Counted from the stretch's first letter, positions 29,563 through 39,112 are shown. The stretch: 40,986 nucleotides of DNA from Candidatus Bathyarchaeia archaeon (GCA_050010515.1 JBEKKX010000021.1:1-40986); one strand, 5' to 3'. The notes: a model not told the origin generated them from the letters alone. A program made the numbers and translations.

Positions 29563-30142
29563 ATTCATAATTCATAAGAAGCATACGCTGATTATAATTT
29601 ATGGAATTAAAATGTTCGGAAAAAGTAAAAGACAGATAAAAAATGTGACATTCGTACAACCACACGAAGGAGAGGTATATTTCTACACTCCAATAGCATA
29701 CGCCATTAATTTGCGGGATTCTAAGGAAAAAGAAGGAAAACAGGTTTTCACAGATTCTGATTTGGCACTCGCAGGTAAACTAAAGCTAATTTTTGAACGC
29801 GAAAAAATGACTTGGTTTAAAATCAAAGAGGAGAAATCAACAACAACACTAAAAGACGAACACTTTTTTGCACTGTATTATTATCCTCGTCGTTTGGTGG
29901 CGAGTCGGGCTTACTCCTCCGATGAGAAAGCTACATTGCAGGATATAAAAAAACTGTTTGATTTCATTGTTACCGAAGACCAGATTAGATTTGCAGAGGT
30001 TCAACAGACCAAATCGCCGTCAGCATATGCGCCCATCACAAGAGAGCCAAACGAAGAATCGGAAGCTATTTCTATAGTAACAGCAGAGCCAAGCGAACAA
30101 TTGCAAGCTATTCCTACAGAAACAGCGAATAAGAAGCAGTAA
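29555..30142 (+). CDS. Hypothetical cargo protein of the element (start may be the ATG at 29612)
   Basis: 195-aa ORF; no recognisable motif. Confidence 0.6.
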   Translation: MSKFIIHKKHTLIIIYGIKMFGKSKRQIKNVTFVQPHEGEVYFYTPIAYAINLRDSKEKEGKQVFTDSDLALAGKLKLIFEREKMTWFKIKEEKSTTTLKDEHFFALYYYPRRLVASRAYSSDEKATLQDIKKLFDFIVTEDQIRFAEVQQTKSPSAYAPITREPNEESEAISIVTAEPSEQLQAIPTETANKKQ

Positions 30143-30794
30143 ACTGGTGCCATCCACACAACACTCAGCGGGAACACACCCCATTAAGGGGATTCGCTCT
30201 GCGCGCGCAACGCTCTAAATTACATTCTACGATTGAATTTCTCCACCATTCTCTAAATCTTCCTCAGTAACAAAACCAAACAAATTACTTTGCCCTAAGG
30301 CTGGGACGGCAACATCATCCCCCGAAAATATCTATCAGCTCAGGATGAAATAAGCCTTCCTAAGAGCAAAGAAAAAACAGTGTGGCTATGATGGAACTTC
30401 CTGTTTCCAGATGTTACAAAAGCGAAATGAAGTTTATTAACGAGCGATTTCCAAATTTAATCGGAGAAGGCAAAGTGAATTTTAGTATTGGAAAGTGCTT
30501 TAAAGCGATTAAAAGAGCGCTCAAGAAAGAGATTTCGGATTATTATTTTACGATCTTTTCTAGAAAGGCTGGTGCGCCCATATGCATCACACTATGCATA
30601 TTAACAATCTTAGCCTATGCTGTATCACACTTATAGGAAATGAGAGTAAGCAAAGCATACACATAGTCGTATTGCAGTTTAAGCAAACGTTCCATCAAGA
30701 GCCACTAAATTTGCACAATGTACCAACATGATTTGGCAGTTTTAAATGATTTTTTCCAAAGAAAATTAAAGCTAATATATAAATTAAAAAATGA

Positions 30795-31028
30795 GTGTAT
30801 ATTTAGTTCTTGTTTTTTCTTTTTTAATGTTTTTTTTCTACATCCAAAAAAGCAGGTTTGTACATAGAAAAAGCACCATTTCATGTTGATAGTGCGGGGA
30901 TTAATTCTATGTTGAACTATGTTGAATCATATTTGAAGCATATTAGAAGCATATAGTAGACCGGGGAGTAGGCTATGAGAGCAAACAAATACCCTATCTA
31001 AGACAAAAGCCAAGAGTTAAATACATAC
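30795..31028 (-). repeat. ~230-bp dispersed repeat, copy 1
   Basis: Reverse-complement match to 37597-37825, including 46 identical nt (30917-30962 vs 37657-37702). Confidence 0.9.
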
Positions 31029-31056
31029 AAAAATGAAAAGCAGTCTTTGCTTTCTT

Positions 31057-32112
31057 TTAATTCAGCACAATTATGTTTGGACTTTTTCTTCTCTTGATGA
31101 CCAATCCAATTATTACGGCTCCGAGGATGATTGCTGCGGCTATGACTGGAAGGTATTGACCCATCATTGACAATACGGGTGTTTGGGTTGGCGCATGTGT
31201 TGCTGCTGGTGTAGGTGTTGCAGTGAGCGTTGGAGTAGGTGTCAATGTTGGTGTTGGAGTGGGCGTGTTAATTGCGAAGCTCGCAGTGATTGTGCCTGTT
31301 CCGTTTATTGTTGCCGTTGATGAAGCAGCGGTGGCATTGTTAAACGTAATTGATCCTGTGTTGGAAGACCAAGAGGAGAAAGTGTAACCAGCGTTAGGTG
31401 TAGCCGTTATGGGAAGGGAACTCGCATTCTCCCAAACATTAGAACCAGTTGGACTAGTCGATCCGCCTCCACTCACTGCAAAACTCACATTGTACTGGTG
31501 ATAATACAACGGAGAAACAGCAGTTGATGAACTAACAGTGCCTGAAGGTCCAGTCGTAGCAATCCACTGCTCAGTACCTGAACCAGCAACAATCGTGCTA
31601 TTAACACTCCAGCTTGAACCAGCATCCAACCAAACGTGCTGAATTGAAGTCGTCAGTGTAGTGTAAGAAGGCGAACCCAATGAAGTTCCTGTAAGAACAA
31701 CAGGGGCTGAAGGAGTCGTGCTGTCAGAAGTAGAGTAGCTCGCAGCCACCAGATATTGGTTATATACCGAGAATGTCGCAGACCCAAAATTTGAACTGGC
31801 GTCAGTAACATTGACTGGTTGGCCGCCGGCCGCGGAAGCAGGAACAGTAAACGTCACACCCGACGGAATATTACCTGATCCATCAGTAGTCGTCGTACCA
31901 CTCAAAGGCACCGACGAACCATCAAAAGTAGCTGAAAACGCCGAGTTAGCGGCAAAACCACTACCCGAAACCGTAACCGTAGAACCAACATGACCGCTAA
32001 TCGGACTCAAAGAAATAGTAGGACCTGATTGAGCTTTGACTTGCATACTCGCGAAGGCGTAGATTGATAACGAAATTAGAAATACAATCATTAGGATTTG
32101 TAGTTTCTTCAT
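31057..32112 (-). CDS. Cell-surface protein: signal peptide, Ig-like and InlB-B-like repeats, Pro/Thr linker, C-terminal TM anchor
   Basis: GSTVTVSGSGFAANS; ITATPNAGYTFSSW...ITASF; (TP)n; TM followed by KRRK. Confidence 0.85.
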   Translation of the reverse strand: MKKLQILMIVFLISLSIYAFASMQVKAQSGPTISLSPISGHVGSTVTVSGSGFAANSAFSATFDGSSVPLSGTTTTDGSGNIPSGVTFTVPASAAGGQPVNVTDASSNFGSATFSVYNQYLVAASYSTSDSTTPSAPVVLTGTSLGSPSYTTLTTSIQHVWLDAGSSWSVNSTIVAGSGTEQWIATTGPSGTVSSSTAVSPLYYHQYNVSFAVSGGGSTSPTGSNVWENASSLPITATPNAGYTFSSWSSNTGSITFNNATAASSTATINGTGTITASFAINTPTPTPTLTPTPTLTATPTPAATHAPTQTPVLSMMGQYLPVIAAAIILGAVIIGLVIKRRKSPNIIVLN

Positions 32113-32573
32113 ATTTCTTTCATCCTCATGCCCATAGAGTGGCGCTCATTTGCTTGGATACAGGCGCTTTAACATTTGGGCTTTATGAATATAGAAACAA
32201 GATTTTCAATCAACAGTGCCCCACTTGGAAAAAAAATCTACCTCAAGTGCTTTACTATAAGAAAGGCGGTAGTTTATGGCGACAGTTGATTTGGTAGTTG
32301 CGGTTGGGTTTCATTAATTATAGTGCTTCTACGGACTCTTTGAAAAAATGAAGTTGTAGATCCAGTGTTTTGCGTAACTGTAGCTTTCCTGGCTAAACAA
32401 GTTAAGCGCTGTTTCTTTTGTTATGCACACAGCATAGTCAAAGTTAAGGTAGGCGCTGAGCTCTCGCTTCACATCTTTTCACCCAAACTCTATCGGCATG
32501 TGATCAATCAACGTAAAATAAGCGCTTTGCTGTAAAAACACAAAATAAAAAAATGGAGTGTTTTTGTTGGGTT

Positions 32574-33242
32574 TTATACTGGCGTTGGCGTTGACGGCGG
32601 GGGTGCCATTGTTGCTACGGGTTGTTCTGGTTGCGGTTTTATTTGGAAGAAGGCAATTGCAATTAATAATGCAGCGACCCACATTAGAATGGCACCTATG
32701 AAAATTATTGTTAGAAATGCGCCTATGATTAGCAATAGAGCTGCGGTTGAGAATAGGCCCACACTTGCTTTTGCTGAGAGCGTTTTGAGTGATCGTCTGG
32801 CGAAGAAAGCTGCAACTATAGCGAAAACCCACAGGACCACCAGCACTAAAAATACTGCGCCCAGTATGGATGTGACATCGCTTGTAGTTATGTTCGAAGT
32901 GTTTGGAGTTAGACCTCGTAATGATGAAATTGTTGACCAGCTGCCATTCCAGGTTGGATAAAGATTCTTAAGAAAATTTGTCAGTATGGTTGTGTCAAAA
33001 ATTATGTAGAGAGCCGCCGCAGCTGCCGCTACTACGCCCACTATGCCTGCAACGAAACTGTAAATTGCATTAGTGAATATTCCTCTTTCATGGTAGTAAT
33101 TCGCTAAACCATTCAGTGCAATGAAAACAAGTATTACGCCAATAAGGTCAACAATGCCAAAAGTATAGCTGGTAACTAATGAGCCTACTAGTATTAGTAT
33201 TGCGCCTATGCCGCCCAAATTTTTGCTTGATTCAAGAGACAT
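32574..33242 (-). CDS. DUF996-like membrane protein
   Basis: SKNLGGIGAIL N-terminus, LFSTAALLLIIGAFLTII motif, polytopic. Confidence 0.78.
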   Translation of the reverse strand: MSLESSKNLGGIGAILILVGSLVTSYTFGIVDLIGVILVFIALNGLANYYHERGIFTNAIYSFVAGIVGVVAAAAAALYIIFDTTILTNFLKNLYPTWNGSWSTISSLRGLTPNTSNITTSDVTSILGAVFLVLVVLWVFAIVAAFFARRSLKTLSAKASVGLFSTAALLLIIGAFLTIIFIGAILMWVAALLIAIAFFQIKPQPEQPVATMAPPPSTPTPV

Positions 33243-33378
33243 CGGTTTTTCCCTCTGTTTTTAGTCGTCTTTTTTAGAATAAAAGCTTTTTCATGCTTAT
33301 CCAATAGTTATGCTAGTTGGGATGTTAAAGTATGAATTAAAAAATTAAAATTTTTTAAGCAACAAACACGATTTGAGT

Positions 33379-33711
33379 TTAACTGGTTTTTACATTTCCA
33401 CTGCCGAGTTGACCTTGCAGTATGCCGTAGTAGGTTTGCAGGTAGGCTTTGCCGTTTTCTGTTATAGCGTAGATTTTGCGGGAACGTCCGTCTTTTTGTT
33501 GTTTTTTGCTTTTAAGAAAACCTCTTTGTTCGAGAGTGTTTAGTGCGGGGTAGAGTGAACCATGTCTTAGTTTTATGTTGAAATCTGCTTCTACTTGTTT
33601 TTTGATGTTATATCCCCATGTTGGTTGAGCTTGCACTATTCTTAACAGTTGCATGTCTAGTAAGTTTCTGATTATGTGTTGTACAATTTCTTTTTTGTAT
33701 GTTTCAGACAT
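33379..33711 (-). CDS. PadR family transcriptional regulator
   Basis: WGYNI...GSLYPALNTLE...RKIYAITENG. Confidence 0.92.
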   Translation of the reverse strand: MSETYKKEIVQHIIRNLLDMQLLRIVQAQPTWGYNIKKQVEADFNIKLRHGSLYPALNTLEQRGFLKSKKQQKDGRSRKIYAITENGKAYLQTYYGILQGQLGSGNVKTS

Positions 33712-33870
33712 GGATTTCTTTCCTGTTGGCTGTTGTATGAATTTGTTGATGTTTCGATTTATTTAGTTTATGTTAATTTTGTTTTATGGTATATTGCACT
33801 GTTATGTTTTTGTATGCTTTGGTTATGTATGAAGCTTTATATTAGGGTTTATTAATATTAAATACTCAAG

Positions 33871-33892
33871 ATATGTCCGAAAAAGGACATAT
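33871..33892. promoter_or_regulatory. Palindromic operator ATATGTCC-N6-GGACATAT between the divergent PadR genes
   Basis: Perfect 8-bp arms just downstream of TATA-like TTAAATA. Confidence 0.65.
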
Positions 33893-33953
33893 TGTATATA
33901 TGTAGAACATCAAAACTGTTCAACAAAAAAACAGGTCAGGAGAAAGAGAAAAA

Positions 33954-34388
33954 ATGTTAAAAGCGATGAATTTCCAAAAAGAGGTTTCAACTAAACTAAC
34001 TAAAGGCTTACTAGACCTGATAATACTGCAATTCGTAAGCACCCAGCCAATGCATGGATACCAAATAATAACCAAAATCCGCAAAAACTTCGGCGTGTAC
34101 TTCGGCCCAAGCACTGTTTACCCCTTGCTAAACACTCTTGAAAAGAAAGGTTTGGTGAAAAGTGAATGGAACATGAACACTGAAAGGCCAAGAAAAGTTT
34201 ACAGCCTAACAAGCGATGGGCAAAACATGCTGGACTTCACCGAAGAGTCCCTAAACCTGATATGCCGAAAAATAGGAACACAAACAAACACAGAAACTAT
34301 GGAGTCGTCAGTCCAATCAGAAGTAGCCATATTAGCTAAGAAAGGCATAAGCGCAGAGAAAAACCGCTTAACATTACAAATCAACTAA
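33954..34388 (+). CDS. PadR family transcriptional regulator
   Basis: MHGYQI...STVYPLLNTLE...RPRKVYSLTSDG. Confidence 0.92.
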   Translation: MLKAMNFQKEVSTKLTKGLLDLIILQFVSTQPMHGYQIITKIRKNFGVYFGPSTVYPLLNTLEKKGLVKSEWNMNTERPRKVYSLTSDGQNMLDFTEESLNLICRKIGTQTNTETMESSVQSEVAILAKKGISAEKNRLTLQIN

Positions 34389-34518
34389 GAAAAATAAAGC
34401 GTTTCCGGCAGAAAGCAGCTTTTATCTAGTTTTGGTATTCAATCAAAAAATTACTTGCCGACTATTAACAAACGTGTTTTAAATATATCGACAGCTAATT
34501 CTATATTGGAAGACTCAA

Positions 34519-36216
34519 TTGAAACAAATTAGTAACCTTACAAATGATGAATTGAATAGTCAAATATTTGAATTTTGTAGGCATGTCGCTGGCTCCGCAA
34601 GTATCACTGCTATAGCACAGGTTGATATGTATTCGAAAACAGCTAGCGAGAAAACAGTAATAGACGTGATGCTTGTAATCCGTGGTTTTCAACCTAGGGT
34701 GATGAGTTACATAAAAACAGTAAATGAAAGAGCTGTTTTCGTTCTTGCGGTTGATCAGTGGATTTTCGAGCGAGATATCGAAAGAGGCTTTCTGGGAGAA
34801 GCCATTGCAAGTAAACTTCTTTTTCCTCACTCAGCCCTTTACGGCAACGATTACTTTCATGAAAAAGAGGTAACGTTGAAGAAGCGTTTGATCTTGGAAT
34901 TAATTGAAAATTTAGCGTCAAGTTTTCCAGAGCTTGCCCCTCGATTTCAAATTAAACCGCAATATTTCATGTATGAGGTGCTTTTGAGTCGAATCCGAGT
35001 TTTCCCTTTGCTTGCTTATGATCTTTCAAATGTGCTGAATGGACTCGCTTTAAATGAAGACGACGCCCTTGGCAGCTACAATGAAGCGTTAAGGCAACTT
35101 GAAACTGAAGGCAAAATTTACTTTTTTGACAGCTACATAAAGATTTCAAAAAAACTTATTACCCGATGCCAAGACCCGAGAATCAAAATAATTAACCTGT
35201 CAAAAAATGCTCCTCGAACGATTTTCACTTCGTTCTTTGGTTTTTTCCCTCAACTCGTGAATATTTTTTCACAGAATGCTGAAGAGTTTCTTAGAACACA
35301 AAAGATTAATTGGAGAACAGTTCCTGACCCAAATTACCTACTCATGGATCCTCTAAAATACGTTTTCTTTCAAACTTCAGAAGGTTTGGTTTCATTGTCA
35401 GATAAAATTGACATTAAAAGTTATGCTCAAAAGATGCTTGTGAAAGATCAAAGCGAAGAGATTGAAGTTGAACCGATCGGCGGAATGCTAAACGACGTTT
35501 ACTTGATTAATGTTCATGGGAAGGGCGGCGAAAGGAAGGTATTAGCTAAACGCTTTAAGGACTGGTCTGGATTCAAATGGTTCCCGTTAACCATATGGTC
35601 TCTTGGTTCAAGACCCTTCGCTATTACGGCCCAAGCTAGGCTTGCGAAGGAGTGCGCAATAAGTGAGTTTTTGCATAGTGAAGGGTTTAATGTACCAAAG
35701 ATTTTGCATGTAAGTAATGCTGAGCGTTTAATTTTCATGGAGTACATCGAGGGAGAGAACCTCAGCCAAGCTATCAAACGCATAGCCATGGCGACAGAGC
35801 ACCAAACATTTGAAGAAGAACTTGCCAACATAGGTAAAGCAGGCGAAATATTTGCAAACGTTCATTCACATAATATTGCGTTGGGCGATACCAAACCAGA
35901 AAATATGCTGGTTAAACAAGATGGCTCTATTTACATGATCGACTTTGAGCAAGCCACACAAGGGGGCGACAAAGCTTGGGATGTAGCTGTTTTTCTGTAT
36001 TATTCAGGGCATTACCTTCTACCGCTTTATGGGAATAGTAAAGCTGAATCGATTGCAAAAGCGTTCATAAACGGCTACTTGAAGGCTGGCGGAGATGTCG
36101 ATGTCATCAGAAAAGCAGGGTCTTCCAAGTACACACGGGTTTTTAGCATATTCACAATGTGGAACATTATTTCTGCCATTGCAAACGTCTGCAAAAAAAC
36201 TGAAGCGCCGAAGTGA
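34519..36216 (+). CDS. Protein-kinase-like (Bud32/RIO/Kdo-type) domain fused to a long N-terminal region
   Basis: VLAKRF, MEYIEG, GDTKPEN, IDFE motifs in the C-terminal half. Confidence 0.82.
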   Translation: MKQISNLTNDELNSQIFEFCRHVAGSASITAIAQVDMYSKTASEKTVIDVMLVIRGFQPRVMSYIKTVNERAVFVLAVDQWIFERDIERGFLGEAIASKLLFPHSALYGNDYFHEKEVTLKKRLILELIENLASSFPELAPRFQIKPQYFMYEVLLSRIRVFPLLAYDLSNVLNGLALNEDDALGSYNEALRQLETEGKIYFFDSYIKISKKLITRCQDPRIKIINLSKNAPRTIFTSFFGFFPQLVNIFSQNAEEFLRTQKINWRTVPDPNYLLMDPLKYVFFQTSEGLVSLSDKIDIKSYAQKMLVKDQSEEIEVEPIGGMLNDVYLINVHGKGGERKVLAKRFKDWSGFKWFPLTIWSLGSRPFAITAQARLAKECAISEFLHSEGFNVPKILHVSNAERLIFMEYIEGENLSQAIKRIAMATEHQTFEEELANIGKAGEIFANVHSHNIALGDTKPENMLVKQDGSIYMIDFEQATQGGDKAWDVAVFLYYSGHYLLPLYGNSKAESIAKAFINGYLKAGGDVDVIRKAGSSKYTRVFSIFTMWNIISAIANVCKKTEAPK

Positions 36217-37565
36217 AAAGCATGGTAAAGGATCAGACAACCTTAACCTTTTATGGAGGAGTTAACGAGATTGGCGGAAACAAAATTCTGCTTCAAGACA
36301 GAGACACCAGAGTTTTCTTGGATTTCGGCATGTCTTTTACCGCTAAAAAACAGTTTTACTCGCCTCCTTTCCTTTCGCCTAAAAGCGAGAAAAGCCTCCA
36401 AGAACTCGGAATCCTACCAACCATAAGCGGCATTTACAAGTTTGACCAAAGCCCGCCTGAAACAAACGCTGTATTCCTTTCGCATGGGCATTTGGATCAT
36501 TCGGCTTATTTGTCATTTATTAAACGGGAAATTCCCGTGTACTGCGGCGAAACAACACAAACTATCCTGCGAACCCTAAGTGACATTCGGCGCGCTGATT
36601 TAGAATTCAACGTTGCAGACATCAACTTTAACGTTTTTAGAACAGGCAAAAAAATTCAGATAGACAATTTAGTTGTTGAGCCGTTTCATGTTGACCATTC
36701 AATTCCAGGCGCATACGGCTTTCTGATTCACACTTCAAACGGCACAATAGTTTACACGGGTGATTTTCGAGATCATGGTGCCAAGCCAGAGATGACTCAA
36801 GAATTTGTGGAGAAAGCTCGGGAAGCTGAGCCTGTGGCAATTGTGACTGAAGCCACCAACATGATTGGGGCAACTGTTTCCAACGAAGTGGAAGTTGAAG
36901 CGAAACTTGACAAGATTGCATCACAAGTTGACGGCATCTTGCTTGCAGAATTTGGTTACTCGGATGTTGACCGCTTGAACACGTTTTACCGAATGGCTAA
37001 GAAGAACAATCGGTGCTTGGCTGTTTCACTAAGACAAGCGTATTTGCTGGATGCACTTCACAACGATATGCACTTGCAGGTTCCAGCGCTGGATGATGAT
37101 GGGATATTGATTTTTCGAAAGTCGAAGAAGCGCTATGACAAGTGGGAAAAACAGTTGATTGAACGCTTTGACGGGGATAACAAGATTTTTGACGTGTTCG
37201 AGGTTTCGAAGCAGCAGTGTAAGGTTGTTTTAGCGGTTAGCTTTTATGATTTTGAGGAGCTTAATGCTATTCAGCCTGTAGCCGGAAGCTGCTATGTTCT
37301 CTCTGCATCGGAGCCGTTCAATGAAGAGATGGAGATTGATTATGAACGCTTGGTTAATTGGCTGAGCCACTATGGTTTGCCGCAGTACCATGTGCATGTT
37401 TCTGGTCACATGATGCCGTTGCAGTTGAAGGCAGCGCTCAAAAAGATAAATGCTAAACAGGTTTTCCCAGTCCACACCGAAAACGCTGAGTTGTTCAAGA
37501 GATTTATGGGCGACTCGAAAGGTCAAGTGACGCTTGTGGAAAAAGGCGAGGAATACCAGCTGTAG
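36213..37565 (+). CDS. Metallo-beta-lactamase/beta-CASP hydrolase (RNase J-like)
   Basis: GGVNEIGGN, SHGHLDH, VDHS, YTGDFR, HVSGH, PVHTE; GTGA overlap with the kinase stop. Confidence 0.88.
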   Translation: MKSMVKDQTTLTFYGGVNEIGGNKILLQDRDTRVFLDFGMSFTAKKQFYSPPFLSPKSEKSLQELGILPTISGIYKFDQSPPETNAVFLSHGHLDHSAYLSFIKREIPVYCGETTQTILRTLSDIRRADLEFNVADINFNVFRTGKKIQIDNLVVEPFHVDHSIPGAYGFLIHTSNGTIVYTGDFRDHGAKPEMTQEFVEKAREAEPVAIVTEATNMIGATVSNEVEVEAKLDKIASQVDGILLAEFGYSDVDRLNTFYRMAKKNNRCLAVSLRQAYLLDALHNDMHLQVPALDDDGILIFRKSKKRYDKWEKQLIERFDGDNKIFDVFEVSKQQCKVVLAVSFYDFEELNAIQPVAGSCYVLSASEPFNEEMEIDYERLVNWLSHYGLPQYHVHVSGHMMPLQLKAALKKINAKQVFPVHTENAELFKRFMGDSKGQVTLVEKGEEYQL

Positions 37566-37596
37566 CCTGTCAAGAAAACCTTGATTTGTTTTTTCC

Positions 37597-37825
37597 GTAT
37601 GTATTTAGCTCTCGTTTTTTGTCTTAGGATATTTATTTGTGCTCAAGCCTACCCCGGGTCTACTATATGCTTCTAATATGCTTCAAATATGATTCAACAT
37701 AGATGTGCATGGACTCAACTACGCGCACTTTCAACATGAAACAGTGCTTTTTCAACATACAAACCTGCTGTTTTCGATGTAGAGGAAAAGCAGTAGAAAA
37801 GAAAAAACAAGAACTAAATATACAC
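37597..37825 (+). repeat. ~230-bp dispersed repeat, copy 2 (inverted relative to copy 1)
   Basis: Reverse-complement match to 30795-31028. Confidence 0.9.
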
Positions 37826-37983
37826 AATTTTTTTAATGATGCAATTCAGGAAATAGACAACGGATAACGAATCAGCCTGACTCGGTGGCTCCAAAGTTTT
37901 GGCTAGAAGTGATTTCTTGTGGTCTGTTCAGAAATCAAATTCCGATGGGTTGGATTAAAATTTAATCTTTTTCCCTGTCCTTT

Positions 37984-38170
37984 CAACTAAACACTAACTC
38001 GCCTAACACTCACTACGCTAACACGCACTACTCTAACACTTCCTAACCAAACCCTTCATCCTTAACCTAACCCCCTATACCCCACTATACCCCTATATTA
38101 CACACCCTCACAACGCAACACGACACGCAACACAACGCAACATAACGCGACAACACATGACACCACACAC
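37984..38170. repeat. Strand-asymmetric C/A-rich short-period tandem tract
   Basis: CTAACAC-type 15-mers, CCCCCTATAC-type 10-mers, CAACG/CAACA-type 5-mers. Confidence 0.85.
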
Positions 38171-38256
38171 AATATTGGAAAGGGGTGCGGTGAGGGGAAA
38201 TCTGTGCCCCTCACTAAAACAATACACAAAACAAAAAACAAAACAATAATGAAAAT

Positions 38257-38289
38257 GAATAAGTCTTAAATCTGCACAGCGTAGAATAG
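38257..38289 (+). repeat. 33-bp cassette-boundary repeat, copy 1
   Basis: GAATAAGTCTTAAATCTGCACAGCGTAGAATAG. Confidence 0.9.
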
Positions 38290-38306
38290 AAAAATAAGGG
38301 GAAAGC

Positions 38307-38480
38307 ATGAATGTAACTCGTTTGGTCGGAATAGCTTTAGCGGTAGTTGGACTAATAGTCATGGTAATAGCGAACTTGCTCGCTTACCAATTAGGTTTGT
38401 ATCTCGGCATAATTGTGATTTTGGTTAGTTGCGTTGTTTATACCGTAGGTGTACTCAAAGTGCAACAAAAGCAAGAATAA
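38307..38480 (+). CDS. 57-aa two-TM small protein, absent from the ORF track
   Basis: MNVTRLVGIALAVVGLIVMVIANLLAYQLGLYLGIIVILVSCVVYTVGVLKVQQKQE; its stop codon lies inside repeat copy 2. Confidence 0.75.
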   Translation: MNVTRLVGIALAVVGLIVMVIANLLAYQLGLYLGIIVILVSCVVYTVGVLKVQQKQE

Positions 38481-38507
38481 GTCTTAAATCTGCATAGCGT
38501 AGAATAG
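38475..38507 (+). repeat. 33-bp cassette-boundary repeat, copy 2
   Basis: GAATAAGTCTTAAATCTGCATAGCGTAGAATAG (32/33 identical to copy 1). Confidence 0.9.
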
Positions 38508-38563
38508 CCTAAGCATAGGAAAGAGAAATCCTAAAACAAAGAAAATGAATTACTATTTTTTCT

Positions 38564-39112
38564 CTAGTTTTTTCCACCACAAAATGGGCATCTGTCCAGA
38601 GACTCATCATAGGTGCTCTTGCAGTATGAGCACCTAATTTTTACAATAACTTGTTTCTCTTTTATTATCTCTTTAACTGTTGGTTCTTCATGTGGTTTTT
38701 TATCTAAAGTTGTATTGAATTGAGACTTTGCTTGCTTTATTTTTTCAGGGTTACGTACTAAAATGGTAAGCTTCAAATATCTTTCAAGTTTATTTCCTAT
38801 CCAAATTGCAGGTTCATCAAAATTGAATTTGTAAGATTTTATTGAGACTTCGTTAGAAACATGGAATATCTCGATTAACGTATCTTGACTACGAGCTGGA
38901 TGATAAATCCTACTTTTGCTTAGGATGGACTCTTCGTCATAATACATTTTTAAATTATGTAAGATACGTTGGTCTAAATCTTTTATAGGTAAACGAAAAA
39001 CTACCGTAAATTTGGAACCATATAATATTGGAAATTCTCCAAGGGCTTCTTCACAAATATTAGCGATTAATTCTTCTTGACTGTCATATGATAATTCCAT
39101 GTGTATTATCAC
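38564..39112 (-). CDS. AT-rich hypothetical protein with C-terminal zinc ribbon
   Basis: IVKIRCSYC...CPFCGG tail. Confidence 0.75.
   Translation of the reverse strand: MIIHMELSYDSQEELIANICEEALGEFPILYGSKFTVVFRLPIKDLDQRILHNLKMYYDEESILSKSRIYHPARSQDTLIEIFHVSNEVSIKSYKFNFDEPAIWIGNKLERYLKLTILVRNPEKIKQAKSQFNTTLDKKPHEEPTVKEIIKEKQVIVKIRCSYCKSTYDESLDRCPFCGGKN

Larger units (their letters stand above)
28976..30323. mobile_element. Decayed integrative element bounded by 23-bp direct repeats
   Basis: CTGGGACGGC(G/A)ACATCATCCCCC at 28976-28998 and 30301-30323 (22/23 identical) flanking an integrase fragment. Confidence 0.8.

Noticed and set aside
30382-30636. 84-aa ORF next to the integrated element
   Set aside because: No motif or RBS; could be a decayed fragment
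33751-33778. dif-like site GTTTCGATTTA-N6-TTATGTTAATT
   Set aside because: Left arm is poor and the site lies in a T-rich promoter region; likely chance
38108-38362. 84-aa Cys/Arg-rich minus-strand ORF
   Set aside because: Artefact of reading through the low-complexity tract; antisense to the 57-aa membrane ORF
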